From positions 1,456 to 65,455 of the forward strand of contig CALRAJ010000003.1 in the NCBI GenBank assembly GCA_943350765.1: a stretch of DNA of 64,000 nucleotides, written 5' to 3'. The stretch's first letter is position 1; each line of letters begins with the position of its first letter. The position numbers and the translations under genes were made by a program. The notes below the pieces were generated by a model. The model saw only the letters and a list, made by a program, of their open reading frames with translations, had not been told where the DNA came from and did not search any database. The stretch is from Candidatus Tayloriibacteriota bacterium (GTDB taxonomy: Bacteria > Patescibacteriota > Minisyncoccia > Phycocordibacterales > PALSA-1337). Below, piece after piece: positions 44,483-53,921 of the stretch.

Positions 44483-45679
44483 TTATGCTTTCTTTCGATC
44501 ACCCTTTGGGATTTGCCTACTACCAACTGGACGAACTAACGGCATTCTTTCAAGTTTGCGTACTTCGTTCGCGAGTTTTCTTAGGGTAATTTCCTGAATC
44601 TGGCGGACCCGCTCTCGGGTGATACCAAACTTTAAGCCGACCTCCTCGAGGGTTTTCTCGTCGCCACCGTCGAGACCGTACCGATAGCGGATAATAGTCG
44701 CTTCTCGGGGGACTAAGGTCAAAACTATTTTCTGCACCATGGCACAATTGATTTTTTTCTCGAGCTCATCAGAAGGATCCTCGGCAGTCTCATCGGCGAC
44801 CACATCAATGAGTCTATTGGAATCCTCGTCGTTTCCCAGACTGCCATTTAGAGGGGCTGGGCTAGCTACTCCATGAGCTAGTCGCAGTTGAGCGATTTTC
44901 TCTGCCGTTGTCCCAAGCTCATCTGCCACTTCGGCATCCGCAGGCTCGCGTCCCAGCAACTCCTGCAACTTCGCAGTCGTTTTACGGACATGAAAGAGCT
45001 TGTCTACGATATGTACGGGTAGGCGGATGGTCTTGGACTGGTTGGCAAGCGCCCGCTTGATCGCCTGCTTGATCCACCACGCCGCGTAGGTGGAAAGCTT
45101 GGCGCCCTTACTGGGATCAAAGCGTTCGACTGCCTTCATGAGACCGATGTTACCCTCGCTGACGAGGTCGAGTAGAGGCACGCCGTAGTTTTCGTAGTCG
45201 CGGGCGATTTTCACCACCAGCCGAAGATTCGCTTTGATCATGTGTTCCCGTGCCTCCTTGTCGCCCCGCTTGATGCGTGCTGCTAGGTCGATTTCGTCTT
45301 GTGGCGTCAAGAGTGGGGTTTCCGCGATTTCGCGTAGATACAGCTGGAAGCTTGTACCGCCGTCGTAAGCACCTCGCACAATGACAGGTTCAGAGGGCAA
45401 TACCCCCTCGCGTGGAAACTTTAGGTATGATCGTTCAGGTACGACATGCCCAACTGCAAGAGTTTTTTCCTTAGGCACTTTGACTTTCGGAACCATCTTT
45501 TTCTTCAGATTAGGCTTTTTGTACTTTTTGGGTACCTTTTTTGCCGTTACCACCAACTTTACTGGAGATGCTTTACGGTGAGCGTGTCGTGGTCGGACGA
45601 CACTTCCTTTACGACCAACACACAACACCACTGAATTTGTGAGATGGTGTCTACCGTTTCCGACAATTTCTTGCTCCAT
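44483..45679 (-). CDS. rpoD: RNA polymerase sigma-70 (primary sigma factor) with K/P-rich N-terminal extension
   Basis: region 2 DLVSEGNIGLMKAVERFDPSKGAKLSTYAAWWIKQAI, region 3, region 4 LTPREATIIRYRYGL..TLEEVGLKFGITRERVRQIE. Confidence 0.9.
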   Translation of the reverse strand: MEQEIVGNGRHHLTNSVVLCVGRKGSVVRPRHAHRKASPVKLVVTAKKVPKKYKKPNLKKKMVPKVKVPKEKTLAVGHVVPERSYLKFPREGVLPSEPVIVRGAYDGGTSFQLYLREIAETPLLTPQDEIDLAARIKRGDKEAREHMIKANLRLVVKIARDYENYGVPLLDLVSEGNIGLMKAVERFDPSKGAKLSTYAAWWIKQAIKRALANQSKTIRLPVHIVDKLFHVRKTTAKLQELLGREPADAEVADELGTTAEKIAQLRLAHGVASPAPLNGSLGNDEDSNRLIDVVADETAEDPSDELEKKINCAMVQKIVLTLVPREATIIRYRYGLDGGDEKTLEEVGLKFGITRERVRQIQEITLRKLANEVRKLERMPLVRPVGSRQIPKGDRKKA

Positions 45680-45857
45680 GATACCTCCTGTGGTTTGTTG
45701 ATATTCTGCTTACTTGATTTTCAAGTACACTTACCTTGTCTAGGTAGGTGTAGGGACTAAAACCACCTAAAACACTACAGTATATTTATATTTTGTCAAC
45801 ATAATGTTATTTGACATTACTTACTATATTTGATATAATAGAAACAATAAAAATATC

Positions 45858-46757
45858 ATGGAGCACAAGGTCTTAAAACTACTAATTGCAACCACAACAC
45901 AGTCTGCCGAATACGAGCTCCTCGACAGTGGAGAGGGGGAAAAATTTGAGCGATTTGGCTCGGTTATATTATCTCGTCCCGACCCACAGGCACTCTGGCG
46001 TAAAACAATGACTGAAAAGGAGTGGGCTATTGCTGACGCTTACTTTTCTCGTGATGGCAAGGCTACCTCATGGACAATTAGAAAACCTATTCCTGACCGC
46101 TGGAAAATCGCTTTTGCCGGACTCTCGTTCTGGATCAAGCCCACAGCTTTCAAGCATACAGGTCTTTTTCCTGAGCAGGCAAGTAACTGGGATTGGATGA
46201 GGGCGGTGATTATTTCAACCAAGAATGCTGAGCCAAGTCGAGAGCTAAATGTACTCAATCTTTTTGGCTACACAGGTGGTGCCTCACTCGCTTGTGCGCA
46301 GGTGGGAGCAAAAGTTTGCCATGTAGATGGTTCAAAATCAGCCATTACTTGGGCGAGGGAAAACGCCGAAGCCTCTGGTCTCACTGATGCACCGATACGG
46401 TGGATTCTCGATGATGCAAAAGTGTTTGTTGAGAAGGAGATAAAACGCGGTAAAAAGTACGACGCCATAATCATGGACCCACCAGCTTTTGGTCATGGTC
46501 CAAACAAAGAGCTTTGGAAAATAGAGGATGATTTTCTCGAGTTGCTCGATTTGTGTAGTAAAATCCTTTCGGATAATCTGATTTTCTTTTTGGTAAATGG
46601 TTATGCGTCTGGCTACTCGGCTATCTCTTATAAAAATGCACTGGCACATACCATAGAAAAGTACGGTGGATCGACCGAGGTAGGTGAGCTGGCCATAGCC
46701 GAATCAAAAAGTCAGCGCCTCTTGCCTTGTGGGATTTTTGCACGGTGGAAGAGATAG
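45858..46757 (+). CDS. class I SAM-dependent RNA methyltransferase (RlmI/RlmK-like)
   Basis: SAM-binding LNLFGYTGGASL.., DAIIMDPPAF catalytic motif. Confidence 0.7.
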   Translation: MEHKVLKLLIATTTQSAEYELLDSGEGEKFERFGSVILSRPDPQALWRKTMTEKEWAIADAYFSRDGKATSWTIRKPIPDRWKIAFAGLSFWIKPTAFKHTGLFPEQASNWDWMRAVIISTKNAEPSRELNVLNLFGYTGGASLACAQVGAKVCHVDGSKSAITWARENAEASGLTDAPIRWILDDAKVFVEKEIKRGKKYDAIIMDPPAFGHGPNKELWKIEDDFLELLDLCSKILSDNLIFFLVNGYASGYSAISYKNALAHTIEKYGGSTEVGELAIAESKSQRLLPCGIFARWKR

Positions 46758-46778
46758 TTTTTCTGTATCTATAGCTAT

Positions 46779-47444
46779 ATGTTACCTGTAATCCTATACG
46801 AAGATAACCATTTGATAGTAGTCAACAAACCAGCTGGTGTTTTGGTACAAGGGGATATTTCGACTGATGATTGTCTTCTTGAGCAGGTTAAAAGCCATAT
46901 TAAAACACGCGATAATAAGCCCGGAAATGTTTTTCTGGGTTTGGTACATCGGCATGATCGCAATGTGTCTGGGGTACTACTTTTTGCTAAGACTAGCAAA
47001 GGTGCATCGCGACTGGGGGAGCAATTTCGGGAACATACTGTAGAAAAGATATACCACGCTTGGGTTACGGGCGTGCCTATAAAAAGATCAGAAACTCTGG
47101 TGAACTTTTTAATTAAAAACGAAAATGACAACAAAACCTCAGTATACGAGTCAGAAATTCGCGGGTCGCAATACGCCGAGCTTCGATATGAGGTGGTAGA
47201 TAAAATGGGAGATTTTTCGTTACTTAAAATAAAGCTTAAAACAGGTCGTCCACACCAGATTCGTGCACAGCTTGCCTATATCGGACACCCAATATTGGGT
47301 GATGGCAAGTACGGTTCAAAGACTTCTCTATCCGAGAGGAGGATTGCACTTACTGCCACTTCGCTTTCGTTTATAACCGCAACAGGTGAGGAAAAAAGGA
47401 TTATTTCTGTGCCAGCGCTAGATTTACCTGCGGGACTAAACTAG
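46779..47444 (+). CDS. RluA-family pseudouridine synthase
   Basis: LGLVHRHDRNVSGVLLFAKT catalytic motif. Confidence 0.85.
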   Translation: MLPVILYEDNHLIVVNKPAGVLVQGDISTDDCLLEQVKSHIKTRDNKPGNVFLGLVHRHDRNVSGVLLFAKTSKGASRLGEQFREHTVEKIYHAWVTGVPIKRSETLVNFLIKNENDNKTSVYESEIRGSQYAELRYEVVDKMGDFSLLKIKLKTGRPHQIRAQLAYIGHPILGDGKYGSKTSLSERRIALTATSLSFITATGEEKRIISVPALDLPAGLN

Positions 47445-47505
47445 CGTTCTTGGCTAAAATATTCAAAAATCTTGCTACCAAAATACGGCTCTAAGTCTAG
47501 GTTTC

Positions 47506-47533
47506 AAAGGCTAAACGCTAGCGTTTAGCCTTT
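47506..47533. repeat. palindromic element AAAGGCTAAACGCTAGCGTTTAGCCTTT
   Basis: perfect palindrome, member of the bipartite palindrome family. Confidence 0.5.
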
Positions 47534-47612
47534 GAAATATTTGAGTATTTTCTGGGTGTAATTTTTGACCTAGATGCGACCTTTTCCGCGGCGTACTCGC
47601 CGCGGGTTGTTA

Positions 47613-47870
47613 AATAAAGTTTAGCCTCGTCCTATCCCCGTAGCAAGCTATTCCCTCGGATTACCTCGGCGGGGTATTAGGCGAGGCATCAGGGTAAACT
47701 TTGTTGCAGAAGTGTCGGCTCCGCCGACTTCATCTTCATTCTTGCGGATTCATCCCCGCGGCAAGCCGTCGGGGTATTCTCCACAATTGCAATAAAGTTT
47801 AGTCTCGTCCTATTCCAGCGACAAGCTGTCGGGGTTATTATCCACAATTACAATAAAAAAACCACCCCTA
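47613..47870 (+). repeat. 183-bp structured repeat, copy 2 (47613-47785), plus internally deleted tandem partial copy (47781-47870)
   Basis: about 96% identical to the reverse complement of 3951-4133; the partial copy retains the 5' AATAAAGTTTAGTCTCGTCCTAT and 3' GTCGGGGTTATTATCCACAATTACAATAAA ends. Confidence 0.7.
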
Positions 47871-48080
47871 AGCATTAGGGCGGTCTGAGCCAAGTAGTAA
47901 AATCCCAAAACTGCATAAACCCGGCACAAGTGCACCGTATTCAAGCATCTTGTTGCCGATCACTGTTCCGACAAAGATCCCGATGATACAAACGATCATA
48001 AGGATTGTTCCAATGAATACTGAATTTTCAAGTACAAGCTCGAAGAATTCTAATAGCAACCGCCTTTTTTCCTGTCCCAT
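47868..48080 (-). CDS. hypothetical small membrane protein
   Basis: 70 aa, two hydrophobic helices. Confidence 0.25.
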   Translation of the reverse strand: MGQEKRRLLLEFFELVLENSVFIGTILMIVCIIGIFVGTVIGNKMLEYGALVPGLCSFGILLLGSDRPNA

Positions 48081-48180
48081 ATTTTACCTTTCCCTTTAAA
48101 TCAATTTCAAACCACTAGTAATGGTAGCATAAAACATGCTTTAGGTCAACATTACATAGAAGCCTTTCAAATGATACTCT

Positions 48181-49050
48181 ATGGTCATGACCACACAAAT
48201 CTTAGAAGGGATTTCATTACGAAATAGTACTATTGAGCGTCTTTCCACCAAAATTAAACTTCTTTCAGTACAGCCGACATTAGCAGTAATACAAATAGGC
48301 AACCTCGCGGACTCCACTGCCTTCATAAAAGCTAAAAAAGCTTTCGGAGATAAGATTGGTGCTCGAGTAACCCACACTATTCTTCCAGATAAAATAAAGA
48401 TGGATGGTGTTGTTGCTCTGATAAAAAAGCTCAATGCAGACTCGTCTGTACAAGGTATTTTGGTACAGTTACCCTTGCCATCACATTTAGACAAGCATAC
48501 TATTATAGACACTATTGATCCTAAAAAAGATGTCGATGGACTCACGAGTACTCATACGCAGGAGCTATGGGAAGACGGGTCAGATATTATTTTACCAGCA
48601 ACTGCAAGGGGGATTTTGGCACTACTTGATCATTATAATATTCAGGTGGAAGGCAAAAAGGTGGTCGTAGTCGGGCGCTCAACACTAGTGGGCAAGCCGA
48701 CAGCCATCGCACTTTTAAATAGAAATGCCACAGTGATTATTTGTCATCGAGGGACAGAGAATCTAAAAGAGGAGACTCGTCGAGCTGATATTTTAATAGT
48801 CGCGATAGGGAAAGCAAAGTTTATAAATAAAGATTTTGTCAGGTCAGGACAAGTTGTGATTGATGTGGGGATCAATATCACGAGTGAGAGTAAACCTCGG
48901 CAAGAAGTAGGGAAAAAGAGTTTTGTGGGTGATGTTGATTTTGAGGAAGTTTCAAAAATTGTGTCAGCCATAAGTCCCGTACCCGGTGGTGTGGGTGCAA
49001 TGACCGTAGCATCACTTTTTGAAAATTTACTTGATATAGTCGAGAAATAA
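48181..49050 (+). CDS. folD: bifunctional methylenetetrahydrofolate dehydrogenase/cyclohydrolase
   Basis: ILVQLPLPSHLD and VVVVGRSTLVGKP signatures. Confidence 0.9.
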   Translation: MVMTTQILEGISLRNSTIERLSTKIKLLSVQPTLAVIQIGNLADSTAFIKAKKAFGDKIGARVTHTILPDKIKMDGVVALIKKLNADSSVQGILVQLPLPSHLDKHTIIDTIDPKKDVDGLTSTHTQELWEDGSDIILPATARGILALLDHYNIQVEGKKVVVVGRSTLVGKPTAIALLNRNATVIICHRGTENLKEETRRADILIVAIGKAKFINKDFVRSGQVVIDVGINITSESKPRQEVGKKSFVGDVDFEEVSKIVSAISPVPGGVGAMTVASLFENLLDIVEK

Positions 49051-49131
49051 GACTGTTTCGGGTGCCTTTTTGGATTTTATGATATAATGTCGGTATAGGA
49101 GGGTTGCTTATTAGTTTAATCTATTATTACT

Positions 49132-49920
49132 ATGCTTACTTTATTTCAAAGTAAATTTTCTAAGGTTATTTTAGGGGTTTTTGCTGTACTCATTTGTTTT
49201 TTAGTATTGGTAAAAACTATGCACGAATATCGAAAGTATACACTTGCAGGCAGTGGCACGAGTGCTACAAATACCATTACAGTAACGGGTTCAGAAGATG
49301 TTTTTGTGGTACCTGATCTAGCAACATTTAGCTATAGTGTTACCGAGCTTGCAAAGACTGTAGCTGAAGCACAAAAGATTGCTACAGATAAAGCCAACAA
49401 AGCTATAGCTTTTCTAAAGCAGAATGGTTTGGCAGATAAAGATATTCAGACCACAAGCTACAGTATTTCTCCTCAGTACGACTATGTTTCAGGGGTATGT
49501 ACTCAGTATGGTTGTCCATCTGGCAAGCAGGTACTCAAGGGCTATGAGGTAAGTCAGAGTGTAACAGTAAAGACAAAGATTGATGATGCGGGCAAGATTT
49601 TGGCAGGTATTGGTCAACTCGGGGTAACTAATCTAAGTGGGTTGCAATTTACTGTGGATAACGAAGATATGTTTATTGCAAAAGCTAGAAAAAATGCCAT
49701 TGACGAAGCAAAGACAAAGGCTCAGGTGCTGGCAAAAGATCTCGGCGTGTCTTTAGTAAGAGTGGTCAATTTTTCTGAAGGCGGAGATTACCCTCGACCA
49801 ATGTACGCAAAAGCTATGACGATGGATTCTTCTGTCGGTATGGGTGGGGGTACTCCAGAGATTGCAAAGGGGGAGAACAAGATTACCTCAAGTGTTTCTA
49901 TTACCTACGAGATACGTTAA
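49132..49920 (+). CDS. SIMPL-domain (DUF541) periplasmic protein
   Basis: N-terminal TM; core matches the SIMPL/YggE family pattern. Confidence 0.65.
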   Translation: MLTLFQSKFSKVILGVFAVLICFLVLVKTMHEYRKYTLAGSGTSATNTITVTGSEDVFVVPDLATFSYSVTELAKTVAEAQKIATDKANKAIAFLKQNGLADKDIQTTSYSISPQYDYVSGVCTQYGCPSGKQVLKGYEVSQSVTVKTKIDDAGKILAGIGQLGVTNLSGLQFTVDNEDMFIAKARKNAIDEAKTKAQVLAKDLGVSLVRVVNFSEGGDYPRPMYAKAMTMDSSVGMGGGTPEIAKGENKITSSVSITYEIR

Positions 49921-49983
49921 GATCGGTGTGCAGTACAGACTACATATTTAAAAAGAGCTATATTTATAATTAAAAATAATTCC

Positions 49984-50136
49984 ATGATTACAACAATTGC
50001 TTTTGTCCTAATTGTGCTATGGCTCGTAGGATTTATCGGATTTCATATACTTGGTTCGTTTATACACATCCTGCTGGTTATTGCGGTTATTATGTTCTTG
50101 GTAAGAATTATTCAAGGTAAAAATCCGATACAGTAG
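49984..50136 (+). CDS. lmo0937-family small membrane protein (50 aa)
   Basis: MITTIAFVLIVLWLVGFIGFHILGSFIHILLVIAVIMFLVRIIQG matches the conserved about 48-aa two-helix family. Confidence 0.5.
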   Translation: MITTIAFVLIVLWLVGFIGFHILGSFIHILLVIAVIMFLVRIIQGKNPIQ

Positions 50137-50278
50137 ATCGGACCGTTTATCTTTTTTTGTAAAATATGCCAAAAAGCCCATAAACATGGGCTTTTTGGCT
50201 AATGGTTGACATTTTTTAAAAAAAAGAGTAATCTTTAGGTATATCTACCCCTCACGGGGTTTTTTAATAAAAAAACAT

Positions 50279-50458
50279 ATGCAAATTGTTGATTATATCA
50301 AGGACACAAAGGGCGAATTGACTCATGTGAGCTGGCCTACCAAACGCCAAGCGGTCATGTACACGGTGTTTGTGGTGATTATTTCTATCGTTACAGCTTT
50401 TTTTCTAGGCTTTTTTGACTATATTTTTTCAATTGGGCTTAATAAGCTAATTTCATAA
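50279..50458 (+). CDS. secE: preprotein translocase subunit SecE (59 aa)
   Basis: [24 protein letters not shown] then one TM helix; immediately upstream of nusG as in the conserved secE-nusG-rplK cluster. Confidence 0.7.
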   Translation: MQIVDYIKDTKGELTHVSWPTKRQAVMYTVFVVIISIVTAFFLGFFDYIFSIGLNKLIS

Positions 50459-50462
50459 AAAA

Positions 50463-51008
50463 ATGTCAAAACAACAAATCGAAGGTCAGCGAAATTGGTA
50501 TGCTATCCATACTTATGCCGGGTATGAAAATGCTGTTGTACGAAACCTAAAACAGCGTATCGAGTCTCTAGGTATGGAGGACAAGATTTTTAATGTTTTG
50601 GTACCGACCGAAAAGACAGTAAAAGTAAAAGGTGGTAAGCGAGTAGAAGAGGATACAAAAATATACCCAGGATATATTCTCGTGGATATGATCGTTACCG
50701 ATGACTCATGGTATGTGGTACGCAACACCCCTCGAGTGACGGGCTTTGTGGGTTCAGGTGTAACCCCCGTACCTCTGGAGAAAAAAGAGGTAGACCAGCT
50801 TTTGGGTAAAATGAATAGTAAGACGGTAAAGCATGCGATAGACCTGTCTCCCGATGACTCAGTAATCATCACAGACGGACCATTTAAGGAGCTTGAAGGC
50901 AAGGTGTCTGAGGTAGATGCTGAACGAGGCAAGGTCAAGGTACTCGTTTCGATGTTTGGTCGGGAAACTCCAGTAGAGCTGGACTTCTTGCAAATCAAGA
51001 AGATTTAG
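50463..51008 (+). CDS. nusG: transcription termination/antitermination factor NusG
   Basis: NGN domain [15 protein letters not shown].., C-terminal [21 protein letters not shown]. Confidence 0.9.
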   Translation: MSKQQIEGQRNWYAIHTYAGYENAVVRNLKQRIESLGMEDKIFNVLVPTEKTVKVKGGKRVEEDTKIYPGYILVDMIVTDDSWYVVRNTPRVTGFVGSGVTPVPLEKKEVDQLLGKMNSKTVKHAIDLSPDDSVIITDGPFKELEGKVSEVDAERGKVKVLVSMFGRETPVELDFLQIKKI

Positions 51009-51021
51009 GGTATTGTGGGGT

Positions 51022-51144
51022 CACGAAGTTCTTTATCGGCATATCTTTTAAATGGCACGAGTATTTTCTTGCTAGAAAATCTCTCAAGTCTCAGCTACCC
51101 GCTTCCGAAGTCCATTTAAAAGATACGCCTTCAACGAACTTCGT
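51022..51144 (+). mobile_element. MITE-like element family B copy in the nusG-rplK spacer
   Basis: about 28-bp imperfect TIRs CACGAAGTTCTTTATCGGCATATCTTTT / AAAAGATACGCCTTCAACGAACTTCGTG; core TCTTGCTAGAAAATCTCTCAAGTCTCAGCTACCC. Confidence 0.6.
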
Positions 51145-51259
51145 GGCGGAGTACTCCATGCTTCTTGGGGTAATCTACCTTGTTTATTCATAATATTATA
51201 ATACTTACTCGTCCCGCCGTAGCTTTAGCGAAGGTGGAAATCTAACTTCTATTTAAAAA

Positions 51260-51682
51260 ATGGCTAAAAAAATTACAAAAAAATTAAAGCTCCAGATTGC
51301 TGGAGGAAAGGCAAATCCAGCACCTCCAGTCGGTCCTGCACTCGGTCAAGCTGGAGTAAATATCGGTGAATTCGTCAAGCGTTTTAATGACGCCACAAAG
51401 ACGATGATCGGAGATATTGTTCCTGTCGAAATTTCTGTTTACGAAGACCGAACATTTGATTTTATTCTCAAAACTCCTCCAGCTTCAAGTCTTATTCTCA
51501 AGGCTATTGGCAAGGAAAAGGGTTCGGGTAAGCCAAACTCTGCAAAGATCGGTACTATTACCAAAGCACAGATCAGAGCGATCGCTGAAAAGAAACTTCC
51601 AGATCTCAATGCCAATGATATCAATGCCGCTATGAAGATTATAGAAGGTTCTGCACGGTCAATGGGAGTTGACGTCAAATAA
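51260..51682 (+). CDS. rplK: 50S ribosomal protein L11
   Basis: [31 protein letters not shown] signature. Confidence 0.95.
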   Translation: MAKKITKKLKLQIAGGKANPAPPVGPALGQAGVNIGEFVKRFNDATKTMIGDIVPVEISVYEDRTFDFILKTPPASSLILKAIGKEKGSGKPNSAKIGTITKAQIRAIAEKKLPDLNANDINAAMKIIEGSARSMGVDVK

Positions 51683-51690
51683 TGGCTAAA

Positions 51691-51741
51691 ACAATTTTTA
51701 CTAAAATTGTTCGCCCGAACATTTTTCTACTGAAAAATGTT
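51691..51741 (-). repeat. two hairpins after rplK, the second with TCTACTGA (rc TCAGTAGA) loop
   Basis: ACAATTTTTACTAAAATTGT and AACATTTTTCTACTGAAAAATGTT. Confidence 0.5.
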
Positions 51742-51785
51742 TTAGGGGTGTGGATGTGAAATAGATTTCTCTCTAAAAATAAAAA

Positions 51786-51819
51786 CCACCAGCCGTTTAC
51801 GGCTGGCGGTTTTTATTTG
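51786..51819 (+). terminator. rho-independent terminator
   Basis: CCACCAGCCGTTTACGGCTGGCGG hairpin plus T-run; separates rplK from the next gene (no rplA follows). Confidence 0.65.
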
Positions 51820-51883
51820 TGTGTGATAGTCTGAGAAAAGATGTTGGTCAACCAAAACTCAAAACTCGATCCAAAACTGAATT

Positions 51884-52330
51884 ATGCACCACAATTATTT
51901 TAAGAGGGTGATCTATGTTGGATGTGCTCTCACTACAGCTACGGACAAATTGAAAACTGATGTTGGGCGCTTGAAAACTGCCTTGCGTGATGATTACCAT
52001 GTTCTCGATTTCATCGGCTTGGTCAACGGAACACCTACAGATGTATATCGCTGGGATATTCATCGTTGTGTTGCCACATGTGAACTTCTCATTGCAATTT
52101 GTGACGAGTCTGCCACTGGCCTCGGCTATGAAATGGGGGTTGCTGTGGAGAAGCGGGGAATTCCTGTGATCGCTGTCGCACACTCGTCAGCAAAGGTCAC
52201 TCGGCTAGTCGTCGGTGTGGATCACCCCAGGTATCAATTTCTTCGCTGTGATGATATTTTGGATTTGTTGCCTCTGGTGGGGCGGATGTTGCCAGCGAAT
52301 CAGCAAAGCGTTTTCTCGTTTCTCGTATAA
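51884..52330 (+). CDS. nucleoside 2-deoxyribosyltransferase-like protein (GC-richer than surroundings)
   Basis: RVIYVGCALT.. Rossmann-like start and LLIAICDESATGLGYEMGVAVEKRGIPVIAV resembling the Ndt-like family motif; about 50% GC against a 40% background. Confidence 0.4.
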   Translation: MHHNYFKRVIYVGCALTTATDKLKTDVGRLKTALRDDYHVLDFIGLVNGTPTDVYRWDIHRCVATCELLIAICDESATGLGYEMGVAVEKRGIPVIAVAHSSAKVTRLVVGVDHPRYQFLRCDDILDLLPLVGRMLPANQQSVFSFLV

Positions 52331-52508
52331 ACACAGTTAAAGCCACTTGTTATAATACAAGTCCATGCCGAAATGCATGGTTTTTATTTGAGGATTTTAA
52401 AGAATTAGAAGAACGGAGTTTTTGATAAAACAGCCCTGATTAGAGGCACGGTTTGGCGGAAAGGCTCAACGGCACGCCGTTGAGCCTTTGAACTGTTTTT
52501 TGACCCAA

Positions 52509-53021
52509 TCATCGAGCTAGGTCTAGCCATTTATACTTTAATCCAGTTTTTTCATCTATTTTATCTTCTCGAAATGTCTCTTTAGTAAACTCTGGATATA
52601 GCGGAAAGAAAACATCTCCAGAGGCATCACTTTCTACGAGAGTAAGGTAGAGTTTTTGAGTAAAAGGTAATCCTTGGGCGTATATTTCTCCACCGCCGAT
52701 CAGAAAGATCTCTGGGTCATTTGGATTATTTTTGGTTTCTATCCCCCAAGCTTTTTCTATGGCTTCTTCAATATTTAGAACTACAAATGCGTCTGGAGCG
52801 GTAAAGCTTTTATTTCTGGTAACGACAAAATTACTACGGTTTGGTAAGGCTTTGCCTATGGACTGATAGGTTTTTCTTCCTAAAATTACCGCATGCCCCG
52901 ATGTGATTTGTTTGAAGCGTTTTAAATCATCAGAAATACGAAACAGAAGATGTGCCCCGTTTCCAATACAGCCGTTCTTTTTTGTAATAGCTACCACAAT
53001 ACTTATTTTGGGTTTTGTCAT
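52509..53021 (-). CDS. folA: dihydrofolate reductase
   Basis: ISIVVAITKKNGCIGNG..LLFRISDDLKRFKQITSGHAVILGRKTY DHFR signature. Confidence 0.85.
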   Translation of the reverse strand: MTKPKISIVVAITKKNGCIGNGAHLLFRISDDLKRFKQITSGHAVILGRKTYQSIGKALPNRSNFVVTRNKSFTAPDAFVVLNIEEAIEKAWGIETKNNPNDPEIFLIGGGEIYAQGLPFTQKLYLTLVESDASGDVFFPLYPEFTKETFREDKIDEKTGLKYKWLDLAR

Positions 53022-53071
53022 GTTGTTTTTGTTTCCGTAAGGCATATACTGATAGTATAGCATTTTCAACT

Positions 53072-53192
53072 CCAAACTTCGTTGAAGGCGTATCTTTTAA
53101 ATGGACTTCGGAGGTGGGTAACCGAGACTTGAGAGATTTTCTACCAAGAAAATACTCGTGCCATTTAAAAGATGTGCCGAGAAAGAAGTTTG
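53072..53192 (-). mobile_element. MITE-like element family B copy (inverted orientation)
   Basis: TIRs CCAAACTTCGTTGAAGGCGTATCTTTT / AAAAGATGTGCCGAGAAAGAAGTTTGG; core is the reverse complement of the 51022-51144 copy. Confidence 0.6.
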
Positions 53193-53224
53193 GAATTGAA
53201 AATGTACCCTTTTAATAAAACAAC

Positions 53225-53905
53225 ATGTCCCACAGCTATGAAATCGAAATAAAAAGTCTGCTCGGCTCAAAAGAAAATGCCGACAAGCTCAAGCATGCTC
53301 TTTTGCAAAAAGACCCAAGTATGTCCTTGGTGGGTAAGGGCAAGCAACTCAATCATTATTTTAATACTCCAGCTGATCTTTCAAAATTGGAAAAAGTAGT
53401 CATGCCGATTATTGAAAAAAGTAAGATTGATTCGCTCAAGAAAATTGTCGCAGAAGGTAAAAAAGTTTCTATTCGTACTCGTGATGCTGATGGTAAAGTA
53501 CTTTTTGTTATCAAAGCTTCAATAAGTGATGATAGTAGTGCCAACGGAGTTTCGCGTATAGAGTTTGAGTCTATCGTCAAACTTTCACTCGGAAAGCTTG
53601 ACCAAGTGCTTTTAGATGCGGGCCTGACCTATCAAGCAAAGTGGTCTCGTGAGCGTGAGGAGTATCAGGTCGGAGATATGCATGTCTGCCTCGATAAGAA
53701 TGCTGGCTATGGCTACCTTGCCGAGTTTGAAAAAGTGCTTTCTTCGGCAGGAGAGGCAGAAAAAGCCAAGACAGACCTGCTCGCGTTTATGAAAAGTGTC
53801 GGTGTTATCGAGCTAGACCAAGCAAGGCTCGAGCGAATGTTTGCTCACTATAATGCTCATTGGGCGGAGTATTATGGGACAGATAATATTTTCGATATAC
53901 AGTAA
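53225..53905 (+). CDS. CYTH-domain protein (triphosphate tunnel metalloenzyme)
   Basis: N-terminal YEIEIKSLL (ExExK motif) and acidic downstream motifs. Confidence 0.65.
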   Translation: MSHSYEIEIKSLLGSKENADKLKHALLQKDPSMSLVGKGKQLNHYFNTPADLSKLEKVVMPIIEKSKIDSLKKIVAEGKKVSIRTRDADGKVLFVIKASISDDSSANGVSRIEFESIVKLSLGKLDQVLLDAGLTYQAKWSREREEYQVGDMHVCLDKNAGYGYLAEFEKVLSSAGEAEKAKTDLLAFMKSVGVIELDQARLERMFAHYNAHWAEYYGTDNIFDIQ

Positions 53906-53921
53906 TAATTATAATAACTTT

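Noticed and set aside
4134-47612. 43.5-kb segment between the 183-bp inverted repeats as a prophage or genomic island
   Set aside because: The interval holds core housekeeping genes (holA, mutM, ruvA, rpsT, rluA, rplS, rlmH, rpoD and others) with native composition. No integrase or phage genes. Island boundaries are normally direct, not inverted. An inversion substrate or a duplicated ncRNA is more plausible.
47600-47870. Possible CRISPR array (repeated GTCGGGGTATTCTCCACAATTGCAATAAAGTTTAG-like units)
   Set aside because: Only two or three degenerate units with unequal spacing. The units are parts of a larger 183-bp repeat that recurs inverted at 3951-4133. No cas genes, and no identical direct repeats separated by unique spacers.
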